Assembly (NCBI GenBank): GCA_035361955.1
Contig: DAOSDC010000001.1
Location: 75,114-139,113, forward strand
Reading direction: 5' to 3'
Source of the DNA: Bacilli bacterium
Lineage (GTDB): Bacteria > Bacillota_I > Bacilli_A > RFN20 > CAG-826
Length of the DNA: 64,000 nt
A program made the position numbers and the translations under genes. This document shows positions 9,677-19,129 of the stretch, one piece after another (within the stretch, counting starts at the first letter, position 1; every line of letters starts with the position of its first letter). The notes beneath the pieces are model-generated. The model was given only the letters and a program-made list of their open reading frames with translations. It was not told the origin of the DNA and searched no databases.

Positions 9677-10456
9677 TTACAATAAGATATTTTCTTTACG
9701 ATTGGCGATGATGTAACCTTCGCGATTGCGAACATCGCTACGATTATATGTTAACGGTCGGCCTTGTGGGGTAACTAAAAGACCACCGGCTTCCTCAACC
9801 ACGAGTTGACACGCAGCCGTGTCCCATTCTTTTGACCCATCGGAGAGCCGGTATGTGATTTCGGCTTTTCCCATGGCAATCCGACATGCTTTTAGACAAC
9901 TGCCAACCGTCGCTGTGTGCTTTATTTTATCGGCATGTTTATTAATGGCATCCCATTCTTCTTTTCGGACGTGAAAGCGTGAGAGCAAGACGGTTAAATC
10001 GTCAAGTTTGTCATTAACCCTGATGCGTCGCACTTCGTTTGGGGTTTCCATAAAACTTCCATGGCCTCGTGATGCATAATAGATTTCATTAAGTGCGGGA
10101 GCTAGCACGACACCAACAACTATTTGATGTTTATAGCACAATGCAATATTGGTGGTAAATTCGTCGTTTTTGGCAACGAAGTCCTTGGTTCCGTCGACGG
10201 GATCGATAATCCAAACATAGTCGTTATTCAACCGCGACCGATCATCGCTTGATTCCTCGGTCAAAAAAGCGTGGTCAGGAAACACCGATTTCAAGTAATT
10301 GCGAATGATTTCATCAGCGGATTGATCGGCAATAGTCACGGGCGACATATCATCTTTGATTTCGACGTCAAAGGGTTGATGGTAAATTTCCATAATCGCT
10401 TTGGCGGCTAACCGACCGGCGACTAATGCTTCTTGCAGTTCGATTTCCCAACTCAT
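9677..10456 (-). CDS. Inositol monophosphatase family protein (SuhB/CysQ-like phosphatase)
   Basis: It has the WIIDPVDGTKDF IMPase motif and is 259 aa long. Confidence 0.8.
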   Translation of the reverse strand: MSWEIELQEALVAGRLAAKAIMEIYHQPFDVEIKDDMSPVTIADQSADEIIRNYLKSVFPDHAFLTEESSDDRSRLNNDYVWIIDPVDGTKDFVAKNDEFTTNIALCYKHQIVVGVVLAPALNEIYYASRGHGSFMETPNEVRRIRVNDKLDDLTVLLSRFHVRKEEWDAINKHADKIKHTATVGSCLKACRIAMGKAEITYRLSDGSKEWDTAACQLVVEEAGGLLVTPQGRPLTYNRSDVRNREGYIIANRKENILL

Positions 10457-11397
10457 GTGTGTGACTCCTTATCCAGCATCGCATCGATCGCGGCGATGAT
10501 TTGGTTGATTTGTTCTATTTGTTTGACGTGACAGCCACTTGCTTGAAGATGGCCACCGCCTCCGTACTTGTAGGCGATTGTTTGAACGTCGGGTCCCGCG
10601 CTGCGGAATTCACAGCGAACGTCCTGGTCATCTTCGGCAAAGAATGCCCATACCGGATAGTAGCGGATGTTTGATAACAAGTTCACACGGCTGGCGGCAC
10701 TTACCGCATCCATATCCAATATTCGTAATTGCTCTTTAGAGAAAACGCAGTAAATCAGCCCATTAGGCGTCGTCTTATAGTTTTGGTAGACATAACTTTC
10801 AAATGACATTGACTTAAAAGATTTTTCGTAGAGTCGATCGTAAATAAGATGTAAATCGGCACCCATTTTTACAAGTTGGCTCATACAATCAAATGTATGG
10901 CTCGTGACTTGACCATAAAGGAAACGGCCTGAATCGGTGATCAAACCGAGTGCCAACGCCATCGCGCCTTTGGAAGATAATTTCAAACGCTGGTTGATGA
11001 CAAATGAAGTAATCATTTCGGCAACGGCAATCATCGTGGTATCAACCCATTGATGATTTCCAAATTGGTAAAGCGGAATATGATGATCAATCTTAAAAAC
11101 AAACTGTGCGGTTTGATACCGTTGATCTTCGATACGAGGAGCGTCGGCGACATCAACTACGAGCGCTAATGACTGAGCGATGATCGCATCGTCGACTCGA
11201 TCCATCGGAGTAATCAAATCATGGAAGTTTTCATAACCGGACCCAAGTGCGTATACCGCCTTGTGTGGAAACGTCGCTTTAATCGCTTCTTTCAAACCAA
11301 TTTGACTTCCATAGCAGTCTCCGTCGGGAAACACATGCCCAAAAATCGTAATCGTGTCAAAGCGTTTGATGAGTTGCAAAAGCAAATCTTGACTCAC
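10453..11397 (-). CDS. nrnA: DHH/DHHA1 phosphoesterase, NrnA-like (nanoRNase / pAp phosphatase)
   Basis: It has the DHH motif (KIDHHIP) and the DHHA1 GGGH motif (YGGGGHLQASG). It overlaps suhB by 4 nt. Confidence 0.7.
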   Translation of the reverse strand: MSQDLLLQLIKRFDTITIFGHVFPDGDCYGSQIGLKEAIKATFPHKAVYALGSGYENFHDLITPMDRVDDAIIAQSLALVVDVADAPRIEDQRYQTAQFVFKIDHHIPLYQFGNHQWVDTTMIAVAEMITSFVINQRLKLSSKGAMALALGLITDSGRFLYGQVTSHTFDCMSQLVKMGADLHLIYDRLYEKSFKSMSFESYVYQNYKTTPNGLIYCVFSKEQLRILDMDAVSAASRVNLLSNIRYYPVWAFFAEDDQDVRCEFRSAGPDVQTIAYKYGGGGHLQASGCHVKQIEQINQIIAAIDAMLDKESHT

Positions 11398-11424
11398 AAT
11401 GGGCTCCTTTTTAATTTTTTAAAT

Positions 11425-11455
11425 TAAAATCCTTGGACTGGCCAAGGATTTATTA
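11425..11455 (-). terminator. Rho-independent terminator downstream of fba
   Basis: On the minus strand the hairpin is AATCCTTGGCCAGTCCAAGGATT followed by TTTAATTT. Confidence 0.5.
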
Positions 11456-11459
11456 TAAC

Positions 11460-12317
11460 TTATTTGGCTTTGCCGATACAACCGAACACTTCGCATTTAG
11501 CCTTGACGACGGCGCGAATCGCTTCTTTGCCAGGGCCGATAATTTTGCGAGGATCATAGACGTTGGCGTCTTTTTGGAGCAAGGCTCGGACGGTCGCCGT
11601 CCAACCTTGTTGCAATTCGGTGTTGACGTTGACTTTGGCCGTACCTCGATCAATCGCCATTTTCAATTGGAAATCAGGAATGCCGGAACCACCATGGAGC
11701 ACGAGTGGTAACTTAATTAAATTGTTGATGACCGCCATCTCATCAAATCCGAGTTTCGGTTCGCCTTTATAGGGTCCGTGGACAGATCCAAGGGCGGGAG
11801 CCAGGCAATCGATGCCGGTCTCTTTGACTAATTTTTCGCATTCAGCGGGAACGGCGTACATCGTTTCGGCCACGACATGGTCTTCTTGACCACCAACGCG
11901 TCCAAGTTCGGCCTCGACCGAGACATTACGAGCATGGGCGTATTCAACGACTTTCTTGGTCGTGGCGATATTTTCTTCAAGCGGATGGTGCGATGCATCA
12001 ATCATCACGCTGGTGAATCCGGCGTCAATCGCCGTTTTGCAAAGTTCAAAGCTTTCGCCATGATCGAGATGAAGGGCGACCGGGATCGTGATTTTTCGTT
12101 CTTCGATGATGGCTTTGACCATCGCGGCGATGATTTTATAACCGCCCATGTATTTAGCGGCGCCGGAACTGACTCCGAGAATGACCGGGGCTTGGAGCGC
12201 TTCGCATTCGTCAAGAATCGCAAGCGTCCATTCGAGATTGTTAATGTTAAACTGACCGACGGCGTAGTGCTGCTCGCGGGCTTTGATTAACATCTGTTTC
12301 ATGCTGACTAATGGCAT
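11460..12317 (-). CDS. fba: Fructose-bisphosphate aldolase, class II
   Basis: It begins with the canonical N-terminus [24 protein letters not shown]. The sequence continues with …HLDHG… and is 285 aa long. Confidence 0.9.
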   Translation of the reverse strand: MPLVSMKQMLIKAREQHYAVGQFNINNLEWTLAILDECEALQAPVILGVSSGAAKYMGGYKIIAAMVKAIIEERKITIPVALHLDHGESFELCKTAIDAGFTSVMIDASHHPLEENIATTKKVVEYAHARNVSVEAELGRVGGQEDHVVAETMYAVPAECEKLVKETGIDCLAPALGSVHGPYKGEPKLGFDEMAVINNLIKLPLVLHGGSGIPDFQLKMAIDRGTAKVNVNTELQQGWTATVRALLQKDANVYDPRKIIGPGKEAIRAVVKAKCEVFGCIGKAK

Positions 12318-12339
12318 ATAAAAATTCTCCTTTAGAATA

Positions 12340-12711
12340 CTATTCTACTTCTTTTTCGATTTCTTCGTCGTCTTCGATTTCGACTTCTTCATCATCGAGC
12401 AATTCTTCTTCCGGCTCTTCGAATGGATCGATTTCTTTTTCTTCTTCGATTTCTTCGACATCACGGAAAACGCCGCGGGCATCTTCATATAACTCTTTAA
12501 AAGTATATTTGCTGCGCAAGTCCCACATATTGCCACCGAGGGCGACAAAGCGGCCATCGAGCGTCATATTCGTATAAAAACGGGCGACGCGATCAGATGG
12601 CGTTGCCGGTAAATGCACAAGAACTTGTGACCAAATATCTTTGAAGGAAACTGGTTCGCCTTTAGCGACAATCAGTTCGTAGGCGATGTCAAGCATTGAT
12701 TTTTCGACCAT
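12340..12711 (-). CDS. rpoE: DNA-directed RNA polymerase delta subunit
   Basis: An N-terminal HARE-HTH-like domain is followed by a long Asp/Glu-rich tail. Such tails are typical of Firmicutes/Mollicutes RpoE. Confidence 0.85.
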   Translation of the reverse strand: MVEKSMLDIAYELIVAKGEPVSFKDIWSQVLVHLPATPSDRVARFYTNMTLDGRFVALGGNMWDLRSKYTFKELYEDARGVFRDVEEIEEEKEIDPFEEPEEELLDDEEVEIEDDEEIEKEVE

Positions 12712-12726
12712 GGTAGATCCCCTTTA

Positions 12727-14346
12727 TTACATTTTCACTGGCGCGGAGACGCCAAGTAACGCAAGCGCGTTTGCCATCACGATGCGACTGGCACGTACAA
12801 GCGCGAGACGCGATTTTGATAAAGAAATATTTTCTTTATCGACGACACGACATATAGTATAGAAACTATGGGTTAAACTTGCAAGTTTTTGCACATAATT
12901 CGTTATTTTGTACGGTGCGCGTGCATTGGCGGCTTCAACGACTTCCGCCTCGAAACTTTCAAGGTGACGAAGCAGTTGTTTTTCTTCAATTGTATCCAGT
13001 CCGACACCCGAATCATCAAAGCCGATTTCTGCGCCAGCTTCAAGTAGACTTGATAACCGAGCGTGGGCGTATTGGGCATAGTAGACAGGGTTGGCGCTTG
13101 AGGCACTGACAGCTAAATCTAGATCGAAATCGAGGTGTGACGAGGCCGCTCGCGCTACAAAGAAATAGCGCGCGGCATCAACGCCTACCTCTTGGCAGAG
13201 TTCCCTTAACGTTACGCCAACGCCTGTTCGTTTGCTCATTTTCATTTCCTGGCCATCTTTGATCAGACGCACCATTTGCAATATTTCGATATCAAGCGTG
13301 TCCAAGGGATGACCTAGCATCGCTAATGCGGCTTTCATACGGGAAATATAGCCGTGGTGATCGGCGCCCAAGATGTCGATTAAATGACGGTGTCCGCGCT
13401 CAATCTTGTCAAGATGATAAGCTATGTCAGGTAAAAAATATGTAAATGTGCCATCGCTTTTGACAATGACACGATCTTTATCATCACCATATTCGGTTGT
13501 TTTCAGAAACGTCGCGCCTTCGTGTTCATAGATATGCGGTGCCAGCCTAATAAACACGCGATCGATTGACTCTGGTGTACGAATCGATGTCTCATAACTG
13601 AATTTGTCGAATTCAACGCGGAAAAACGATAAATCGTCTTTGATAATCGCTAATTCTCGCTTAATACCTTCGGCCTTAAAAAACGCTTCATCGTAATGAC
13701 CGAGATAGAAATCTCCAACTTCCTTTTTTATATCGGCGGCGATATTTTTGATATCTTCGCCATGGTATCCGTCTTGAGGCAATTCAGCGACTTGGTCGAA
13801 TAATTGAACATAGCGCGCATAAATCGATTGGGCGAGATTGTTTATTTGCGCTCCCGCGTCATTGACATAAAACTCCTTTGTGACTTGATAACCGGCTTTG
13901 CTTAACAACCGGGCAATCACATCACCAAGGGCGGCGCCGCGAGCATGACCAAGATGGAGCGCTCCCGTGGGATTGGCGGATACAAATTCGACATTGACGG
14001 AAATGCCTTGACCAACGAGGCTTGAACCATATGATTCGCCTTGATTGATGATTTTTGCAATGATACCCGCAAGTGATTCGGCTTTCATGAAAAAATTAAT
14101 GAAACCTGGTCCAGCCACTTCAATGCGTTCAAATCGAGATTGATCAATATGGGCAACGATTTCCGCGGCAATGTGACGCGGGTTTTTCCGCAGTGTACGA
14201 TTTAATTGCATGGCCACATTGGTAGCGAAATCGCCATGAGCAGCGTCTTTACTTTGCTCAATGATGATTTCATCAGTGGAAATCTGATGTCCGATTTTGC
14301 TTAAAGCAAGATATAGTTCTTGTTTGATAAGGGTAATTGAATCCAT
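12727..14346 (-). CDS. argS: Arginine--tRNA ligase
   Basis: It is a class I aaRS with a C-terminal anticodon-binding region. The start was moved from the TTG at 14388 to the ATG at about 14346 to avoid a 32 nt overlap with ispF. Confidence 0.9.
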   Translation of the reverse strand: MDSITLIKQELYLALSKIGHQISTDEIIIEQSKDAAHGDFATNVAMQLNRTLRKNPRHIAAEIVAHIDQSRFERIEVAGPGFINFFMKAESLAGIIAKIINQGESYGSSLVGQGISVNVEFVSANPTGALHLGHARGAALGDVIARLLSKAGYQVTKEFYVNDAGAQINNLAQSIYARYVQLFDQVAELPQDGYHGEDIKNIAADIKKEVGDFYLGHYDEAFFKAEGIKRELAIIKDDLSFFRVEFDKFSYETSIRTPESIDRVFIRLAPHIYEHEGATFLKTTEYGDDKDRVIVKSDGTFTYFLPDIAYHLDKIERGHRHLIDILGADHHGYISRMKAALAMLGHPLDTLDIEILQMVRLIKDGQEMKMSKRTGVGVTLRELCQEVGVDAARYFFVARAASSHLDFDLDLAVSASSANPVYYAQYAHARLSSLLEAGAEIGFDDSGVGLDTIEEKQLLRHLESFEAEVVEAANARAPYKITNYVQKLASLTHSFYTICRVVDKENISLSKSRLALVRASRIVMANALALLGVSAPVKM

Positions 14347-14356
14347 ATGTTTAATC

Positions 14357-14848
14357 CTAATGTTTGTCGCCGACTGTTTTTTCAACAAGCACGACGCAGG
14401 TGGCTTCCGCTGCTAGTCCTTGTCCAATGTAACCCATGCCTTCGTTAGTACCGGCCTTAATTGATATTTGTTCGGGGTTAATTGTTAACAATGAGGCGAT
14501 TTTCTCAATCATTTTAGGAATGTAGGGGCTTAATTTGGGTCGTTCAAGCGTAATTTGGATATCGATGTTGCAAACTTTGTAACCGCGAAGTTTAACGAGT
14601 CGATCGGCATAACGCAAGAAATAGGATGATTCCTTGTCTTTGTATGCGCTATCGGTATTGGGGAAATGTGTGCCTAAATCGCCTAAAGCCAGCGATCCAA
14701 GTAACGCCTCCGTCAGCGCATGGATGAGAATGTCACCATCGGAGTGAGCCTCAAAACCAAGTTCGTAGTCAATCAAAACACCGCCAATCCATAATGGACG
14801 GTTACTGACCAGACGGTGGATGTCGCGACTCATTCCAATACGATACAT
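14357..14848 (-). CDS. ispF: 2-C-methyl-D-erythritol 2,4-cyclodiphosphate synthase
   Basis: It begins MYRIGMSRDIHRL and continues with GFEAHSDGDILIHAL. It is 163 aa long. Confidence 0.85.
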   Translation of the reverse strand: MYRIGMSRDIHRLVSNRPLWIGGVLIDYELGFEAHSDGDILIHALTEALLGSLALGDLGTHFPNTDSAYKDKESSYFLRYADRLVKLRGYKVCNIDIQITLERPKLSPYIPKMIEKIASLLTINPEQISIKAGTNEGMGYIGQGLAAEATCVVLVEKTVGDKH

Positions 14849-14854
14849 AAATTC

Positions 14855-15961
14855 CTAAACATTAAATTTGAAGAACATCACATCGCCGTCTTTGACGACG
14901 TATTCTTTTCCTTCAAGTCGAAGTTTACCGGCTTCTTTGACCGATAATTCGCTCTTATATTTTATTATATCATCATAATGATATACTTCGGCTTTGATAA
15001 ATCCACGCTCAAAATCAGTATGGATGACACCGGCGCACTGCGGGGCTTTCATGCCATGGTGGAACGTCCAAGCGCGGCATTCATCGGCGCCAACGGTGAA
15101 AAACGTTCCTAAATCAAGTAACTGATAGGTTGCTTTGACAAGTAAATCCAAGCCTGACATCGATGCGCCGATTGATGAAAGAAAGTCGGCTTGATCGGCT
15201 TTATCTAATTGCGAAATTTGCGCTTCGATGGCGCACGAGATTGGAATCACGGAAGCGCGTTCAGTTGCCGCATAATTGACAATGGACCGATAGCTAACAT
15301 TATCAGCAAGCGCTTGTAGCTGCGTTTCTGAGACATTAGCAACGTATATGATTGGCTTTAAAGTTAATAAATGAAGCGTATCATCGGCAAAAACGAATTC
15401 TTCTTTTGTCAATGTGATACTTCGTGCGGACAACCCCGCTTCTAGATGTTTCTTTAATTTGAGAAGCGTTTCATATTCAAACAGTGCTTGGGTGTCTTTG
15501 CTCGTTTTGGCTTTAGTTCCCGTGCGTTCGATGCGTTTGTTGACGGTTTCCACATCGGCGAACACCAGTTCGAGGTTAATGATTTCAATGTCGCGAATCG
15601 GATCAATCGACTGCTCAACATGAATGATGTCGGGATCTTCAAACGCACGCACGACTTCGACGATGGCGTCGCATTCGCGAATATGACCGAGAAATTGATT
15701 GCCGAGCCCCTCGCCTTTGCTGGCGCCTTTGACAAGTCCAGCAATATCGAAAAACTCAATCGTCGTGTAAATGGTTTTTAATGGTTTGAAAATGGCGCTT
15801 AATTGTTCGAGCCGGTGATCGGGAACAGCCACAACGCCGGTATTTGGCTTGATGGTCGCGAATGGATAATTTGCAGCCTCGACATTGGCGCGCGAAAGCG
15901 CGTTAAAAAGCGTTGATTTTCCAACGTTAGGTAGTCCGACGATGCCTGCCTTAAGTGCCAT
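14855..15961 (-). CDS. ychF: Ribosome-binding ATPase YchF
   Basis: It starts MALKAGIVGLPNVGKSTLFNAL, is 368 aa long, and has a C-terminal TGS domain. Confidence 0.9.
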   Translation of the reverse strand: MALKAGIVGLPNVGKSTLFNALSRANVEAANYPFATIKPNTGVVAVPDHRLEQLSAIFKPLKTIYTTIEFFDIAGLVKGASKGEGLGNQFLGHIRECDAIVEVVRAFEDPDIIHVEQSIDPIRDIEIINLELVFADVETVNKRIERTGTKAKTSKDTQALFEYETLLKLKKHLEAGLSARSITLTKEEFVFADDTLHLLTLKPIIYVANVSETQLQALADNVSYRSIVNYAATERASVIPISCAIEAQISQLDKADQADFLSSIGASMSGLDLLVKATYQLLDLGTFFTVGADECRAWTFHHGMKAPQCAGVIHTDFERGFIKAEVYHYDDIIKYKSELSVKEAGKLRLEGKEYVVKDGDVMFFKFNV

Positions 15962-15993
15962 ATGGTCCTAAATGATTTTATCGCAATGAAAGA

Positions 15994-16030
15994 TTAGAAA
16001 AAAGTCGCCGGAGCGACTTTCTTTTTTTTA
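15994..16030 (-). terminator. Rho-independent (bidirectional-looking) terminator downstream of csp
   Basis: The palindrome AAAGTCGCCGGAGCGACTTT is flanked by A6 and T8 runs. Confidence 0.6.
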
Positions 16031-16043
16031 AATTAAAGTAGGA

Positions 16044-16241
16044 TTAACCTTTTCTAATTTTCGTAGCCCGGGGACCACGATCTGTTTCTTCAACTTCGAA
16101 CTCTACAGCTTCGCCAGCGACGGCGGTTTTGTAGTTGTCCATGACAAGTTCGCTGTAGTGGAAGAAGACGTCTTTTCCATCTTCCGTGCGAATGAAGCCG
16201 TAGCCCTTGTCCTTGTTGAACATTTTGACTGAACCTTTCAT
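16044..16241 (-). CDS. Cold-shock protein (CspA family)
   Basis: The 65 aa protein contains MFNKDKGYGFI…DVFFHYS. It has a roughly 115 nt 5' leader. Confidence 0.9.
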   Translation of the reverse strand: MKGSVKMFNKDKGYGFIRTEDGKDVFFHYSELVMDNYKTAVAGEAVEFEVEETDRGPRATKIRKG

Positions 16242-16357
16242 CGAAACCTAAACCTTTCTAAAAATTGGAAGCCGTTACTTTTAATCGTTCGACTTACGGA
16301 ATAATAATACAACTTAGCGTCTTTAAATACTAGAAATATATGTTTTTTTATTCACGC

Positions 16358-19129
16358 TCATGCGTTAGCGAGTGCGTGATGATGACGGAGACGATGAGAA
16401 ACCAATTGCAAAAGTATGAATATAACAACAGAAAACAACGTCATTGTCACGATTGAAACGCTTGGAAACGAATAAAAAAAGTGCGTATGAAAATAGTTGG
16501 CAAGTGCTTGTTCAATCAAAAAAGCAGCGATGATCATTTGTAAGATTGCGCTTAGTAATGAACCAAATACGAGAATGATTGCCCGAGCGGTCAACAACCG
16601 GGATATTTGCCCCGGCCTCGCTCCAAGTTCAAAAAGCAATGTTTTATCTTTGGCAATGTCGAGCCAAGCAAGACGCAACACAAGAGCTGCAAGCATTAAG
16701 CTATTGACACCAGCAATCGTGGCAAGCGCATAGATGCCGGCATCAATGTTTCGAGTCAGATTACTCAGTGATTGCCGCATGTCCATCTGTGGTAAACTCG
16801 TTTGCAAATGGTGGAAAGTTGCCATGATCCGACGTGCGCTATCATTTAATAAACGCTCTTGTCCCGCGAAGTAGGCTCGTTCAATTCGTAATGAATCACC
16901 GCTGAACCCCAATAAATCGCGATAATACGATACCGACCACAACGAACATCCGTAAATCGAAAGATCGTCGTCATCGACGATAGCCGTAATTTGATGATCT
17001 GTGGTGATAAATTCGCTGCTAGTTCCTTGCTCGTGCGTTGTGGTCACAATTCTAGTGGCAATATATAGTGAATCGCCCAATTCATATTCGCTTGCGTTCA
17101 AACGACGCGCCAGTCCTGATGAGATAGCGATTTCGTGCACATCAATTGGTAAACGTCCAATGTAGTCGCAACCATAACTTTGTTTAAGTTTGACAGCCGC
17201 GCCGCTTTGGTCCTGATAGTGTCCCCGGGCTACCGCTGGAGGCAATACAACCATTTGACCCGGACTTGTGAATGATAACCAATCGATGACTTGATCGATG
17301 TGATGCTGGTCGATGGCAAATAAAGTTTCGTTAGCGAAACCAGCAAACATCGATTCGGGATATAAAAGATAACCGCCGCTTGTAGTTAAAATCGGTTCAT
17401 TTAAACGCGGTTCGGCTTCGATTATGTAATTTAAATGGCTTAATGACAATGATTGATATGGATCGAGCAAGACAAGAACCCGCTGAAGTACACACCGACC
17501 CAATCGCGGACAATACGACTTCATGTGAGTATTGCTAACGTAATCGAAACGCATTCCAAATAGCTCTAAATCTTTGTATAAGATGGCGCTTAATGTCGCG
17601 GCATCGTCAGTTTTTAAATAATAAGTTTTTTTTAACATCCATGGCAATTGGTGAGTCGCGCTTAAATCGGTCGTCGCTGGAAACCGCATCGATTGCTCGA
17701 GTACGGCCTCGGAAAACAATGGATTTGAATGAATAACTAACGCATGTTCGCCTGAATGAACTTTGACGAGCCGCCACACTTGTTCATCTTCATATGTCCA
17801 AGCAGTGTTGGCGAATCCGGCCCCGAGGAAGATTGTTTTGTTAGCTAGTATCATATTGATTTGATCAGCATTTGCCAAACTGCCGATTTTTTGAGCGAGT
17901 AATTTGATGTCGGTCTCTGGCAACATTAAGGCAACCTCGTCGTTTCGCAACGTTATACGATCCAACCCCAACTCGTCAAACCCTAACGGTTCGGTTAAAT
18001 GTCGAGCACTAAAACTCGGCAAAATCACAATCGGCCCTTCGCTAATGACAAACAACTCATTTCGCTGTGGAAAAAAGTCGTCTATATTAGTCTGATAAAC
18101 GACTCCAATGTCGGAAACATAGTCAGGGTAACGCTTAGCGACCTGCTCAACCTGGACAAAGTCGGCAGCGTATACTTGTTTTAGTCCCGAATGGTTGGCT
18201 TTATCCGCCCGTAGTTCGAGTCCCGCTGGTCCGATTAAATGTTTGATTGTCGATTGGACTTTATCATTGATTGATGCCGTCACTTGGATGCCGATGCCAA
18301 GAGCGACTAAAGCAATCGCTAACATTACTTGTGAAAGAAAATGGCGCCACTTGTGCGATTTCATTTCGTAAATGGCATGACGGAAACAAAAAGAAAATGG
18401 CAAAGTGCCTGTGTCTCCATTATGTTTTAAACGAATCATCGTCCGACGAGACACATCTTTGTTTGCATGAAGAATCTTCTTATCAACTAGTTTGCCATCG
18501 ACCATTTGGTAACATATATGTGCATATTCACTCAACAATGCCCGATCGTGACTGACGATAATGACAAGGCGTTGCGAGGAATAAGATGCCAATCGATGCA
18601 TGAGCATCTGTTTGTTTTGATCATCAAGTGCGGAGGTCGGTTCATCCGCAAGGATGATTCGAGGCTGTTTGATAAGTGCCCGCGCGAACGCGACACGTTG
18701 TTTTTCGCCCCCCGATAACGTGGCAACTTTGCGTTGACCAAAACTGGGTAGACCGACTGAAATTAACGATTGCTCGACATGCTTTTGAATCATGGACCAT
18801 TTGTCATAGCCAAGCAATAGCAATGGTAATGCGAGATTCCAAGTCACCGTTTCATGCTCGAAAAGACGATAGGTTTGAAAGATAAGCCCGACATTACGCA
18901 ATCGGTAATCGCATAATTGATCAATATCAAGCAATTCAAGGTTTTCATTGTTAACGCTGATATGTCCTTGAAATTTTAATAGACCCGCCAATATTTTAAG
19001 CATTGTCGACTTGCCGCTACCCGAACGCCCATAAATACCGATGATTCCCGTCCGCGGTAAATTGAGATTCATGTCATCTAAAACGATGTTTTTGTGAAAT
19101 CGTTTCACTAATGCTTTTATTTCAATCAT
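16358..19129 (-). CDS. ABC transporter, fused ATPase - FtsX-type permease (MacB-like) with a very large (~560 aa) extracytoplasmic domain
   Basis: It has N-terminal Walker A GRSGSGKST, the ABC signature LSGGEKQRV, and Walker B ILADEP. One TM helix, a long soluble domain, and 3 C-terminal TM helices follow. Confidence 0.75.
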   Translation of the reverse strand: MIEIKALVKRFHKNIVLDDMNLNLPRTGIIGIYGRSGSGKSTMLKILAGLLKFQGHISVNNENLELLDIDQLCDYRLRNVGLIFQTYRLFEHETVTWNLALPLLLLGYDKWSMIQKHVEQSLISVGLPSFGQRKVATLSGGEKQRVAFARALIKQPRIILADEPTSALDDQNKQMLMHRLASYSSQRLVIIVSHDRALLSEYAHICYQMVDGKLVDKKILHANKDVSRRTMIRLKHNGDTGTLPFSFCFRHAIYEMKSHKWRHFLSQVMLAIALVALGIGIQVTASINDKVQSTIKHLIGPAGLELRADKANHSGLKQVYAADFVQVEQVAKRYPDYVSDIGVVYQTNIDDFFPQRNELFVISEGPIVILPSFSARHLTEPLGFDELGLDRITLRNDEVALMLPETDIKLLAQKIGSLANADQINMILANKTIFLGAGFANTAWTYEDEQVWRLVKVHSGEHALVIHSNPLFSEAVLEQSMRFPATTDLSATHQLPWMLKKTYYLKTDDAATLSAILYKDLELFGMRFDYVSNTHMKSYCPRLGRCVLQRVLVLLDPYQSLSLSHLNYIIEAEPRLNEPILTTSGGYLLYPESMFAGFANETLFAIDQHHIDQVIDWLSFTSPGQMVVLPPAVARGHYQDQSGAAVKLKQSYGCDYIGRLPIDVHEIAISSGLARRLNASEYELGDSLYIATRIVTTTHEQGTSSEFITTDHQITAIVDDDDLSIYGCSLWSVSYYRDLLGFSGDSLRIERAYFAGQERLLNDSARRIMATFHHLQTSLPQMDMRQSLSNLTRNIDAGIYALATIAGVNSLMLAALVLRLAWLDIAKDKTLLFELGARPGQISRLLTARAIILVFGSLLSAILQMIIAAFLIEQALANYFHTHFFYSFPSVSIVTMTLFSVVIFILLQLVSHRLRHHHALANA

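Noticed and set aside
12311-12577. Ser-rich 88 aa (+) and Lys-rich 70 aa (-) ORFs
   Set aside because: They are frame and strand shadows of the GAA/GAT-rich acidic tail of rpoE. They are low-complexity artefacts.
14347-14388. ORF-track N-terminal extensions (argS TTG at 14388; also nth to 40478, soj to 48378, 5'-NT to 9735, pgsA to 37648, sufB to 52309, sufD to 54830)
   Set aside because: The extensions create long overlaps with upstream genes or with rnpB and lack an RBS. Internal ATG or TTG starts with SD motifs or canonical N-termini are preferred.
19092-19108. Palindrome GTGAAATCGTTTCAC resembling parS half-sites
   Set aside because: The half-site arrangement is inverted relative to parS (TGTTTCAC-GTGAAACA). 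It lies inside the first codons of an ABC gene. It is probably coincidental.
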